Source of the DNA: an uncultured Bacteriovoracaceae bacterium
Lineage (GTDB): Bacteria; Bdellovibrionota; UBA2394
NCBI GenBank assembly: GCA_964626465.1
Contig: CAZVFP010000001.1
Span: 24,932 to 88,931 of the forward strand
Length of the DNA stretch: 64,000 nucleotides
Reading direction: 5' to 3'
The position numbers and the translations under genes were made by a program. Positions 49,568 to 59,100 of the stretch are shown piece after piece (position 1 is the stretch's first letter; every line of letters begins with the position of its first letter). The notes under the pieces are model-generated. The model was not told the origin of the DNA. It saw nothing but the letters and a program-made list of their open reading frames with translations, and made no database searches.

Positions 49568-49586
49568 CTGTCAAATCTTAGCAGTT

Positions 49587-50882
49587 TTATTGAAATTGGT
49601 CTTTGTTTGGTTGGGAATCTTGTTGCTTTTTCTGTTCCGGATGAACGGGCGTCTGGGCTCCAGATGCAGGAGTCTTTGGGCCTTCAAGAGCATCGAGAAT
49701 GTCCTGGTCGGTCTGGCCTGGCTCAGGTTTTTTATCAGCCGCGTCGTTATCATCGTCTGCATGGTCTTCGTCATCGCTCGCATAAGCCTGTTTAAATGTG
49801 AGCTTGTCTAATACGGCTACATCTTTTCCGAAAGTTTTCGCAATCTCGAGTGTTTTTTTGTCAAGAACTAGAACTTCTTTTGATCCACTTGTGGTGGATT
49901 TCATAAAGACAAGTCCCCCATCCTTAAAGGAATAAGTAATTCCACTGCTGTCACTTTTTGGAAAATTTCCGGGTTTGGCTGGCTTTATCATTTGCGCAAT
50001 TTTTTTTGAGAAATCCCCCAACGAATCCGTCTCAGATATTTCACTCACTTTTTTTTCAAGAGATTTTACTTCAGAAATTTGTTGATCTACAAACTCCCGT
50101 AATTTCTTCATTTCGTCTGGTGAATTCAATATTTGACTATTTTCAGCCAATTCGTGTTGAGCCATTCTTATTTCGTCGAATAAGTCGTTCTGGCTCAGCA
50201 TAATGCTGGAAATTCTGAGGGGCGAAGGAATATAACTATTCTTGGGCAGATCAAGTGCGATAATTTCTTGAGTTTTTTTATCCAAGTCTTTTTGCTGCTT
50301 CTCGATTTTTTGGGTTGTGGCCTTGATTTCTTTTGGCAGATTTTCAATCTTTTGCTCTGCAGAAGCGATTTGGGTGTTGATGAGCTTAGAAATATTCTCT
50401 TGGGTTTCTTTCTTTAATAAATCTTCTGATTCCCGAGTCATCCCAGGTTGTGCATTGCTGGAGAGCCTCATCGGAAGCGCAAGAATAGAATCGTGATCTT
50501 CTTCCTTTTGAATGAAGAAGATAAACGGTGATTTTTCTGGAGAGTATCCGTGAAATATCTCAAGAGATGACTTTCCATCGACAGATTTAACCGTTGTAGA
50601 AAAAAAGTGGTCGAAATCAAACCCAACATATACAGGATTTCCTTGTCGATCTTTTCCGGCAACAAGTTGAACCCCGCCACGCTCAGCTTTAAGCATTTTC
50701 TCTATTTCTGCAGAACTGTCTTCCGTGGCACTCTCATCGTCATCGGAATTTTCATCGAGCTCAGCCTCGGGCTCCTGGCCAAATGTTTGTTGTAATGTTT
50801 CATGCGTTTCAGCCCGCAAAACCAATGGGTTTATCAAAAGACCAGCATTTACAAGAACAGAAAAAATATTTCTCATTTTCAT
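49587..50882 (-). CDS. Secreted acidic coiled-coil hypothetical protein.
   Basis: Start at MKMRNIF with an AGGAG Shine-Dalgarno about 7 nt upstream. Signal peptide. Asp/Glu-rich termini. 19-bp gap to the ABC ATPase gene. Confidence 0.6.
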   Translation of the reverse strand: MKMRNIFSVLVNAGLLINPLVLRAETHETLQQTFGQEPEAELDENSDDDESATEDSSAEIEKMLKAERGGVQLVAGKDRQGNPVYVGFDFDHFFSTTVKSVDGKSSLEIFHGYSPEKSPFIFFIQKEEDHDSILALPMRLSSNAQPGMTRESEDLLKKETQENISKLINTQIASAEQKIENLPKEIKATTQKIEKQQKDLDKKTQEIIALDLPKNSYIPSPLRISSIMLSQNDLFDEIRMAQHELAENSQILNSPDEMKKLREFVDQQISEVKSLEKKVSEISETDSLGDFSKKIAQMIKPAKPGNFPKSDSSGITYSFKDGGLVFMKSTTSGSKEVLVLDKKTLEIAKTFGKDVAVLDKLTFKQAYASDDEDHADDDNDAADKKPEPGQTDQDILDALEGPKTPASGAQTPVHPEQKKQQDSQPNKDQFQ

Positions 50883-51058
50883 GAAGCATCTCCTCACTTT
50901 TGTCGTTACTACCAGCGAGCTGAAAGTTCATCCAGCACCACATCAAGTCAATTCTGCAAATCTTATACCAGGCCTAGGTCATTGAAATGATTTGAGAATA
51001 TAGCCTGCTACCCGAGACCGGGAAGTCCCATCTGTGGTATCTTGTTCGCAGTTGAGCG

Positions 51059-51973
51059 TTAATCAAAAATCAGGGTCTGAGTAATCGTGACATCTTGAGC
51101 GAGTTCTAAGGTGGTGATTTGGCCAAGCGTATTCCTTAGACAGCTGGCGAAGTCTGTATAATCAGAGCTGCTGACACCATCGAATAAGATATTTTGAATT
51201 GTGCCCTTTCTGCTGATCAGAAATGATGCCGACAGGTATTTTTCATTGGGATGATGATTTTTCAGGTCTGCCATGCACGCCTGGATGAGGCGTTTTTTTG
51301 TGGATAATCGCTCGGACAGTTGTGAAGTCACTACGCTTTGCCCCTCGCCGGATAAGGTCGTTTGGGAACGGATTCTATCTTCCGATTGTTTGACGATTTG
51401 TCTGTGAGTCTGAAATTTCCATTTTTTAAGGATTGCGGATTCATTTTCATTCAATGATGCCGCTGAGGGCGAGATTCGACCTATCGACTCTCTCGGACCC
51501 TTCGCCTGTTTGAAATAAGTATGTTGAAGTCCAACTGCCTCAATGATTTTAGGGCTTGAAGCAATCGCAAGGGGTCTACGAGCGTGAATCTGAAATTTGA
51601 GTGCAAACACGCAAGCGATATGAGCCAAAATAACTGCGCTGATAAGGCCGAAGCGACTATTGAAAGGATTCCATTTTTTTTGAATCACTTCTAGAGATAA
51701 GCTAAACCTGTTTTGGAATCTGATCTTGAGCGGTTTGTTAAGGTTGTTCCAGGATATTGTTATCTCTCGTTGGCCGAGATCCTGGGGGATAAGCATCTCA
51801 TGGCCGGCACTTTCGATTGAGTGAGCGCTCGACAGGGTCAATGATAGCCGTCGTCCTCGTGAATAACCGGCGACGATATTCATGAATCTGAATTTTCCTG
51901 AATACTGGCCAGTCTGCTGAAGTGACCCGTTTGGGTCTTGGAGCTTTAAAAGAAGACAGGAATGGCGAAGCAT
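51059..51973 (-). CDS. Membrane-anchored protein with TonB C-terminal-like domain.
   Basis: TM helix LISAVILAHIACVFAL. C-terminal ISRKGTIQNILFDGVSSSDYTDFASCL resembles the TonB_C I..GxV.NV.IVKSSG..xLDxAA pattern. Confidence 0.45.
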   Translation of the reverse strand: MLRHSCLLLKLQDPNGSLQQTGQYSGKFRFMNIVAGYSRGRRLSLTLSSAHSIESAGHEMLIPQDLGQREITISWNNLNKPLKIRFQNRFSLSLEVIQKKWNPFNSRFGLISAVILAHIACVFALKFQIHARRPLAIASSPKIIEAVGLQHTYFKQAKGPRESIGRISPSAASLNENESAILKKWKFQTHRQIVKQSEDRIRSQTTLSGEGQSVVTSQLSERLSTKKRLIQACMADLKNHHPNEKYLSASFLISRKGTIQNILFDGVSSSDYTDFASCLRNTLGQITTLELAQDVTITQTLIFD

Positions 51974-52023
51974 TTGGCCCTCTGTCTACATCAAATGATT
52001 GTAAAATCAACAAGCGCCGAGGC

Positions 52024-52395
52024 TTAAGGAACGACGACGTCTACTTCAGGATAGGACGTTTCAGAATCGCCGACAGGTCGACCCAGTGTCTGACCTCCGG
52101 CTGTGCAGTTTGAGCGTCCCGTATAGGTATAGCCGCACGAATATCCACATCCAGAATATCCTGAGCCGCCCGACGTATTGCCGGAGCTCATAAAGAAGGT
52201 ATCGGTACCTCCTGCGGAGTTCAGTAATGTACAGTCATAATTTGTTTTGTTGGTGACCGTCACTTCCGCCCAGCCTTTGAGGGAGGCGGTCTTGTAGTAG
52301 CACATGCAGTTTGTCTCAGCATTCGCGCCGCTTTGCCAAAGTCCTAAAATCCATGTCAAAAACGTCCATAAAAGTGACTGACTTTTAATTTTCAT
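52024..52395 (-). CDS. Small secreted Cys/Gly/Tyr-rich protein.
   Basis: Signal peptide. Mature region of about 100 aa with 8 Cys and GGSGYSGCGYSCGYTYTG. Confidence 0.5.
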   Translation of the reverse strand: MKIKSQSLLWTFLTWILGLWQSGANAETNCMCYYKTASLKGWAEVTVTNKTNYDCTLLNSAGGTDTFFMSSGNTSGGSGYSGCGYSCGYTYTGRSNCTAGGQTLGRPVGDSETSYPEVDVVVP

Positions 52396-52512
52396 ACCGC
52401 ACCTACTTAATGTCTATTATCTCAGTCTAAGCCGCATAACGTCAATACGGGCAGAATTGAGCGAAAGTTTGCATATATCAGGGCATACTCTGTAAACTAT
52501 GCATAGGAAATC

Positions 52513-54402
52513 ATGCCAGAAGAGCGCTGTTGGAGATCAAGTTCGCTTATTTTTCATTCGGGAAGTTATGAAAGGCTACTCTTTCAAGAGGGGGATCGTC
52601 CTTCGGCGGTTTCTCTTCCACTTGCCGATTTGTTGGAATCCTGTCGTGATTTTGAATCGTTAGAAACTCATGCTGCTGGTTGGTGGAAGAGTCTGACTTT
52701 TGGCCAAAAGAGAATGGCCTTGAAAGACATGATTGGGTTTTTGAGGCAGAGATCAGAGACAATTCATCTGTCAACGAGATTGGGCACTTCTCTTGCAGTG
52801 CAGGTTTTGGGTCTGTTAAAACAGCAAAATTATCTCTGTTCAAAAGCAGACCTTCTCCAGTTTTGGTCCCAATCGTCTTCGCGAGTGCAAGCAAACTCTA
52901 TTTCTAGACTCGCCGTCGTGACGAAGGATCGACAAGATTTTCTCTCGCGATGTTTAAATTCATATGCAGAGAACGCTTCGTTCTTTGATGATCGATTGAA
53001 TTTCGTGATCTTCGATGATTCTATGTCGCAAGACTCAGAAGCTCTCATTACCAAATGGGCAGAGGATTTTTACGCTAGATGGGGGCAGTCCATCTCCTAT
53101 TGTGGAAAAAAGCAGAAGTCAGAATTCCGCAACGCTCTTGTTTCTGCAGGTATTGACGCCACTCTTTTGGATTTCTGCTTTTGGGGCGGATCAGACGAAT
53201 CAGAAAATTATCTCACTTATGGCGCTAATCGTAATGCCTTTCTCTTGGATGGTATCGGAGAGCTTTCTCTTTCGGTTGATGACGATACGTTTTGCCGCAT
53301 TGGAACTTCTGAAAAAAATACCTCCGCACGATTGGCAGACCCCAACGATCATACGCATTTTCGATTTTTTTCATCGCGAGATGAGGCCTTGAAATCGGTG
53401 AGCTTATATTCTGGAAGTTTCAAGAAGATGCATGAAAGAGGATTAGGACGATCACTTCCCGATTTGCTCAATCAATTGCTTGATTGGGAAAAGCTGAAGT
53501 TCTCTGAACTGGGTCCATTGCTTCACCAGCTGATGCATTTAGGAAAAGGGCATATTGTTTCGACTTTTCAGGGGCTGGCGGGTGACTCTGCATCAACAGA
53601 TCCACTTCATGTGCTCGGCTATATGGCGCGACGGTTTGAGCCACAATTTGAAAACGAAAATGTGTTTAGAGATTCGCTGAGCCATCGAGAAATTCTTCGT
53701 ACGCTTGATCAGCCTTATATTTATCCGCTGCGCAAATGTATGATGACGGCATTTGGCCTCGATCAGAGAGATGTCCTGGCGCCATTTTTTCCTCTCTTCA
53801 GACAGGAAGATTCCATATTTGGAGATGTCATGAGTTTTATCGATCGGGAATCTCTCATGATGCATTTGCCGTACACATTGGATCATTTGCCAGAAACCGG
53901 CAGGCAATACTCCACGATTTATTTTGAAGGAAAGAGTGAATTTTGGCCGGTCCATGCTTTCGAAGAAGCCTTCAGATCCTTGCCTCTCCCATCATTGATC
54001 GTGGATCGAGAACGAGCCTTGAAAATAATGGGTTTTCATTTAGAGGCCGTTGGCGAAGGTTCGTTTCGAGACTATCAAATGAAAATGAGAGCAGCGCATT
54101 GGAATCGGATTGCACAGAGTATCAGTTATTATGAATACCTGCTCGATACTTACAAGAAAATGCCCGTACATTGGAGAAAATTTGTTTTTGAGTTAAGGCA
54201 AAAGACTCGCCAAAATTTAAGTTACCCAGCGTTTTTAGCCCCGCCTTGGCTGGTGATGTCTTTAGGACAAGAGGCTGCCGAGAGAAAAGTGAAAAGCTGG
54301 ATATCACAATACGGCAGACTTCTTCAGGCTTGGCCAGATATTTGGGAGGCAGCATTGTGCCTGAAAAAAAAGGGTCAGACTCTTTCGAAAAAAATAAAAT
54401 AA
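52513..54402 (+). CDS. Cytoplasmic hypothetical protein with GT-A (GT2-like) glycosyltransferase-like N-terminal region.
   Basis: LAVVTKDRQDFLSRCLNSYAENA...VIFDDS and VDDDTF (a DxD-like motif). Confidence 0.5.
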   Translation: MPEERCWRSSSLIFHSGSYERLLFQEGDRPSAVSLPLADLLESCRDFESLETHAAGWWKSLTFGQKRMALKDMIGFLRQRSETIHLSTRLGTSLAVQVLGLLKQQNYLCSKADLLQFWSQSSSRVQANSISRLAVVTKDRQDFLSRCLNSYAENASFFDDRLNFVIFDDSMSQDSEALITKWAEDFYARWGQSISYCGKKQKSEFRNALVSAGIDATLLDFCFWGGSDESENYLTYGANRNAFLLDGIGELSLSVDDDTFCRIGTSEKNTSARLADPNDHTHFRFFSSRDEALKSVSLYSGSFKKMHERGLGRSLPDLLNQLLDWEKLKFSELGPLLHQLMHLGKGHIVSTFQGLAGDSASTDPLHVLGYMARRFEPQFENENVFRDSLSHREILRTLDQPYIYPLRKCMMTAFGLDQRDVLAPFFPLFRQEDSIFGDVMSFIDRESLMMHLPYTLDHLPETGRQYSTIYFEGKSEFWPVHAFEEAFRSLPLPSLIVDRERALKIMGFHLEAVGEGSFRDYQMKMRAAHWNRIAQSISYYEYLLDTYKKMPVHWRKFVFELRQKTRQNLSYPAFLAPPWLVMSLGQEAAERKVKSWISQYGRLLQAWPDIWEAALCLKKKGQTLSKKIK

Positions 54403-54408
54403 ATTATT

Positions 54409-56193
54409 TTATTCGAGATTTTTAATCGCTTCGCCGATATCCACCTTCACAAGTGAAGAGCTTGTCAGCGCTTGCATAAGTCCAATATTGACTGCAAAGG
54501 TAAGTCCTGGCGGCGGATTTTCCACAAGCCTATACTCCGGAATCATTGTCACATTTCTAAATCCGGTTGTGTATGTTGAACCATTTGAACCTGCCCAGGT
54601 TTTACTTGAAAACGTTGGTTGCGATTCTACAATCAAACCTTGAGTTTCAAGACGTCCAAATGCACGTGGCCCGACCGCGGGGTAATCAGGATTTGAATCC
54701 ATAAATGATTCAGGAATCTTAAAACTACCGGAGCTAGTTGTCATGGTTGCTTGAATTCGAAGGCCGGTATAGCCGTCTGAGATTGTGCGGGCCCCAGACT
54801 TGATTTCGAGTCCTGAGGCTAGACCTGCTGAACTACATTGATTGCAAACTCCACTTGCACAATAGTTAGAATTATTTGAACAAAGAACTGTAAAGTTCAC
54901 GGGCTCGAGAGTGATGTCTCCCGTGGAGAGAAGCCAAATATTATTTGTCGGGCCGCTTTTTACAATGGAACTTCCAATTTTTATTGAATCTGCCAGAAAT
55001 GTCTGGGGAGCGCACATAACGGCATCTTTATACGGAGCTTTGGGTGTTACAGCGGTCGATCCATGAAATAAGGCCGTTCCTTCAACATAATAGATTCTTC
55101 CGGCAACCTGGGGCACAGCGCCACTGTCACTCGTTGCACGCGGGCCTTCAATATATTGGCCCGTTGCCGATTTGTAGAATGATCTAGACGTCTCCACAAC
55201 TCGAATATCACAGCCAGGTAGAATCTCGTAGGCGGCATAATCAGGAACAGAAGTACATCCCGTATTGGGATGAGCCGCTATGCATGCCGCTAACGCTTGT
55301 TGCCGAGTGTTTGGTCGAACTGCAGCCTGGACTTTCAGCTCGGCAAAGACATCTTCAACCGCTTTACTGAAGACTTGAGGCTGACTAAAGGCCACGCGAC
55401 CAATATCACTTTGAGCTCCGGTTCGATGTACGAGTCCGGTCGCTGAGTCGACGCTAGTGAATAGAATATCTTTAAAAACTGTGCCTGATCCTAGACCTGC
55501 AAATACGATATTACCGGCGAACGGATTATTATTATTGTCTAGTGGAGAGAAGAAAAGACCGGTGGGGCCTTCAAATGTTGTGTTGCCCAAAACGATATCT
55601 TCTTTGGACGCTGTGATGATATATGAGAAGCGATTGATGGTCGCGCGATCAATCTTAAATTCTTGAGTCAATCGTAACGTGACGGATGACTGAGCGTCGT
55701 GTCTTTCCATGACCAACTGAAAAGTTTTTGGCATTCGATCTCTATGAAAACTGCATGGTTCTGCTGCTAAAGCAAGCGCATTGACAGGATCAGGTGCGAT
55801 TTGATTTAGACAAGTGAGGGAAAGTGACTGGCCAAGCGCGAGATTATCCGAGTTTGCATTAAAAACATTCACAACGTTTGCTGCAAGGAAATCGGAAAAA
55901 GCTGATGTTGCAAGTTCTGACGTTGTAGGGCTGATTGATAATCGATTGTTAAGTGTGTCGGCTACTGATTTTCGTACTGATTCTGAAGTGGCAATAAGCT
56001 CCTGTTCCTTCAGCCTTTGCGATGATTCGACGAAAGAAAATCCACTGAAGATTTGAGCTCGCTTCAAATAAATACCGGCACCAAGCGAGACGGCTAAAAT
56101 TCCTGCAATCGCCATGACGGCCGCGTAGCCTGCATGGTCAGCCTGTTTACAAAGGATATGCATTCGTTCAACATTTTTCATAAAACACCTCAT
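54409..56193 (-). CDS. Membrane-anchored Cys-rich extracytoplasmic protein, partner of the giant pilin-like protein.
   Basis: Start at MRCFMKNVERM, forming an ATGA overlap with the upstream gene stop. TM anchor AAVMAIAGILAVSLGAGIYL. Cys cluster CSNNSNYCASGVCNQC. Confidence 0.6.
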   Translation of the reverse strand: MRCFMKNVERMHILCKQADHAGYAAVMAIAGILAVSLGAGIYLKRAQIFSGFSFVESSQRLKEQELIATSESVRKSVADTLNNRLSISPTTSELATSAFSDFLAANVVNVFNANSDNLALGQSLSLTCLNQIAPDPVNALALAAEPCSFHRDRMPKTFQLVMERHDAQSSVTLRLTQEFKIDRATINRFSYIITASKEDIVLGNTTFEGPTGLFFSPLDNNNNPFAGNIVFAGLGSGTVFKDILFTSVDSATGLVHRTGAQSDIGRVAFSQPQVFSKAVEDVFAELKVQAAVRPNTRQQALAACIAAHPNTGCTSVPDYAAYEILPGCDIRVVETSRSFYKSATGQYIEGPRATSDSGAVPQVAGRIYYVEGTALFHGSTAVTPKAPYKDAVMCAPQTFLADSIKIGSSIVKSGPTNNIWLLSTGDITLEPVNFTVLCSNNSNYCASGVCNQCSSAGLASGLEIKSGARTISDGYTGLRIQATMTTSSGSFKIPESFMDSNPDYPAVGPRAFGRLETQGLIVESQPTFSSKTWAGSNGSTYTTGFRNVTMIPEYRLVENPPPGLTFAVNIGLMQALTSSSLVKVDIGEAIKNLE

Positions 56194-58880
56194 GGACTGC
56201 CCAAACTTTTTTCGCCTTGTGTAAATGTCGTTGTCCCACCATTTTGAGGCGGAGATACCTTCACTCCCTGGTCTCGGCATGCAGAAGGAGGAACTCCAAA
56301 CTGGATGAATTTCTTTCGGTAGTAATCACGCTCTTTTGACAGAGCGGTATGGCCGATATTGGCCCCTGCATAGGCATTTGGGTCCGCTCCCGTTCCGCAG
56401 TCGGCATCACAAAAGAATCTGTAAGGCCACAATGCCGAAGCTCCGGCTGCGGTAAGAGTTGCTTCCATATTAGCAGGGAATCCGACAGGAGCATTGATGA
56501 AATTGAGTTGTCCTTCGTTTGTGCAAAATGATGGTGAATCAAACCACGCCATGCCCTTCGTCTGTGTATCTCGACTGATGAACATTGACTCGGCAGATGG
56601 ACATGAATTTCCAGACAAGGAAGAGAGGGTCGCCGTGGTTGGATTCCACGCATTCAGAATAAATGTATTAGGCGCGTTTACCTGTCTTCCTGCGTCGACA
56701 GAGAAAGAAAGATTGCCTGGTCCAAGATCTCCAACCTCGGGAATTTCGAAACCAACGCTGTTACCACAAGTCCATGACGTTTCATTTCCTCCAGGAGGTG
56801 TGCAATTTGCACCAAGAGAACCGAGCCCAGCGTCGGTGGCGACAACCGCAGGTAGAGTCGTGAGATCGGCTGGAGCTGGTCCGCGAAAATCTCTCATGAA
56901 ATAAAGGTATTTGGGGCCATAGATATTATTTTCTTGGGTGCCAGATCGAGGCGCTGCTACGAGATTTGCACAAGAACACATTTTTGCCATACTGGGTGTT
57001 AAGCCTTGAGGATTGCCCGTTCCCTGCAAGAAATATCCTTCTTGTCCTCCAGTGCTATGCCAAGTGTTGGCGCATGTCGTGCCCGTGCTTGCGCAGATCT
57101 TCGCCCAATTAATGTCGTACGCATTTCGAATTCTGGTGGTGATCGCCCCTGAACCATCCCAAGTACGAATCTGGCAGCTGCAGACATCCGCAAAGGTATT
57201 TCCGATGCTTCCTCCAACCTGACTTGCAAACTGTGAATACATATCGTCGCAGGTCGTTATTCGGATATCCCACTCACCACATTTGATCTTCTGGTTACCT
57301 GATGCATTGGCATCATTTACATTCGACGCTTCAAGTAATGCTTTGAGATGCGCAAAATCGACTCCGCCTCCAACGAGCGTTTCATAGGACGAAGGCCGTG
57401 AATAAAACGAAGATAAGACTCCAGACATCGTGCTGTTGATACAACTTTTGACCAAATTGCATGCCGGATGTCTTGATCTGAGCCACGCATGCGCGCCATT
57501 TGAATCGCCCAAAATACAGTCATAATAAGAGGCGCAAGCATCCAGACGAACTTTATTTTGAATCGTCGCGCCTGCTGGAACTGTTGAGTCATATTGTTTA
57601 GGGATCTTTGAGCTGAATTTAACCGGATCAAAGAACTGACCCTCAACAGGATCCCAACCGCATTTACACAGATTGCTTGTATAGTGATACTGCTGTTCGT
57701 TTGAAGTATATTTGTAAGCGCAATCCGGATTACATCTCGCTTTTTCTGGGATATCGCAGACACTCAAAATAATTCCAGAATCCAGCTGGCTCATTCCTGT
57801 ATTGTCTCCAGGCTTCTGATCCAGAGTGCTTGCAAACGAAACAATATTGTTGGCAACTGAAAATCCATTCGCAGAACTGACATTAATTACTTTCAAATCA
57901 AGCCCTGGAATCTTTTGAGAGATATTAATTTCAACTCGATCCACATCACTGAAGGTGACAGCCTTGGCTACATTACTCGCGCCGAGCGCCGTGAGATAGG
58001 CGCTATCTTTTGGCGATCGTATTCGACGTGGCAAAGATGGATGGGCTGTTTGCAACTCAACGGTCGTAATATGGCTTGTTCCAACGGCGGGTTTAAAGTC
58101 ATAATTGACCCTGAACGAATCAATGTTTTTGAGAATTTGTTTCCATTTAGTTGAATCTGATTCTCCATCAATTCGTCGATACAAAGTGTTTTGATTGACG
58201 AAGTACTCAACTCTCTCAGCCACTCTAAGCTGGGAGCCAAATCTTCTCAGTTCTGCAAGGTTTGTGATGACTTGTGGAATCGATGTCGAGCCGGTCATCA
58301 CATGGATTCTGTAGCAATTCTGATTTCCGGCGGCCTGTGATGGACAATCTTCCGTAGTGGGTGCTCCACTGACCTTCTGAACAACATTTCTAAACTCTGT
58401 ACTGCTGAGGACAAAATAATTTTTGTTGGTTAACGCATTGAGAAAGAATGTGTCTTTAGCTGCACTAGCGCCCACTTTTTTGTAAAATAGATCGTAAGTA
58501 TTTACCCCTGTTTTTGTAATTTCAAAATTTCCTGAGATATCGCCGTAAAGCTCTTTCAGAATATAGATTGTGTCGTTTTGTGTGGAATCGTAGGCCAGTT
58601 CAAGGCCAGTCGTTTCGTCATATGGCCGTGAGACGGCCTTGAAAATCTTTGATGATGAACCAGTGATCTTGAGGGCTCCGCTGAGATCTTTGCTGATGAG
58701 TTGTTTGGCAATGGAAACCGTTTCGACCGTTTTGCTTTTCATCGATTCTTGCTGCTGGGACTTGTAAAGTTTTTTGATGGCATAGGCGGATCCTCCGACA
58801 ATTAGCGCTGAGAGACCCGCTGCAATCATAAGCTCCGGAACAGAAAACCCACGGTTTTTAAAATAAGATATTCTTCTCAT
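56190..58880 (-). CDS. Giant (~896 aa) type IV pilin-like protein with class III prepilin leader.
   Basis: MRRISYFKNRG|FSVPELMIAAGLSALIV matches the G|F(S/T)xxE prepilin peptidase site with Glu at +5. A GAGGGG Shine-Dalgarno sits before this Met. About 40 Cys in the C-terminal region. Confidence 0.7.
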   Translation of the reverse strand: MRRISYFKNRGFSVPELMIAAGLSALIVGGSAYAIKKLYKSQQQESMKSKTVETVSIAKQLISKDLSGALKITGSSSKIFKAVSRPYDETTGLELAYDSTQNDTIYILKELYGDISGNFEITKTGVNTYDLFYKKVGASAAKDTFFLNALTNKNYFVLSSTEFRNVVQKVSGAPTTEDCPSQAAGNQNCYRIHVMTGSTSIPQVITNLAELRRFGSQLRVAERVEYFVNQNTLYRRIDGESDSTKWKQILKNIDSFRVNYDFKPAVGTSHITTVELQTAHPSLPRRIRSPKDSAYLTALGASNVAKAVTFSDVDRVEINISQKIPGLDLKVINVSSANGFSVANNIVSFASTLDQKPGDNTGMSQLDSGIILSVCDIPEKARCNPDCAYKYTSNEQQYHYTSNLCKCGWDPVEGQFFDPVKFSSKIPKQYDSTVPAGATIQNKVRLDACASYYDCILGDSNGAHAWLRSRHPACNLVKSCINSTMSGVLSSFYSRPSSYETLVGGGVDFAHLKALLEASNVNDANASGNQKIKCGEWDIRITTCDDMYSQFASQVGGSIGNTFADVCSCQIRTWDGSGAITTRIRNAYDINWAKICASTGTTCANTWHSTGGQEGYFLQGTGNPQGLTPSMAKMCSCANLVAAPRSGTQENNIYGPKYLYFMRDFRGPAPADLTTLPAVVATDAGLGSLGANCTPPGGNETSWTCGNSVGFEIPEVGDLGPGNLSFSVDAGRQVNAPNTFILNAWNPTTATLSSLSGNSCPSAESMFISRDTQTKGMAWFDSPSFCTNEGQLNFINAPVGFPANMEATLTAAGASALWPYRFFCDADCGTGADPNAYAGANIGHTALSKERDYYRKKFIQFGVPPSACRDQGVKVSPPQNGGTTTFTQGEKSLGSP

Positions 58881-58933
58881 GCACCCCTCACTTTTTGACG
58901 CTCGGCGCGACGTCATTTAATTGTAGCACAGTT

Positions 58934-58953
58934 ACCGGCTTGACCAAGCCGGT
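58934..58953. promoter_or_regulatory. Perfect 9-2-9 inverted repeat ACCGGCTTG-AC-CAAGCCGGT in the divergent intergenic region upstream of the giant pilin operon.
   Basis: Read directly from the sequence. It lies between divergent genes, so a terminator role is unlikely. Confidence 0.3.
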
Positions 58954-59100
58954 CTGCTGACATTGACAACTTAAGTTGCCTGTAAATTGTATGTGGCTAC
59001 GGACTCTGCAACTCTTTTATAGGCCTAAAGTGTTTGAACTTTTTTCGAAGTATCTAATTTTGTTTTACAACTGCTTGAAATCAGTAGGACACTCTGAGTA

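Noticed and set aside
54390-54420. AT-rich quasi-palindrome (AAAATAAAT/TATTTTATT) between two convergent genes, considered as a possible bidirectional terminator.
   Set aside because: The stem is imperfect and purely A/T with no GC clamp. Support is too weak.
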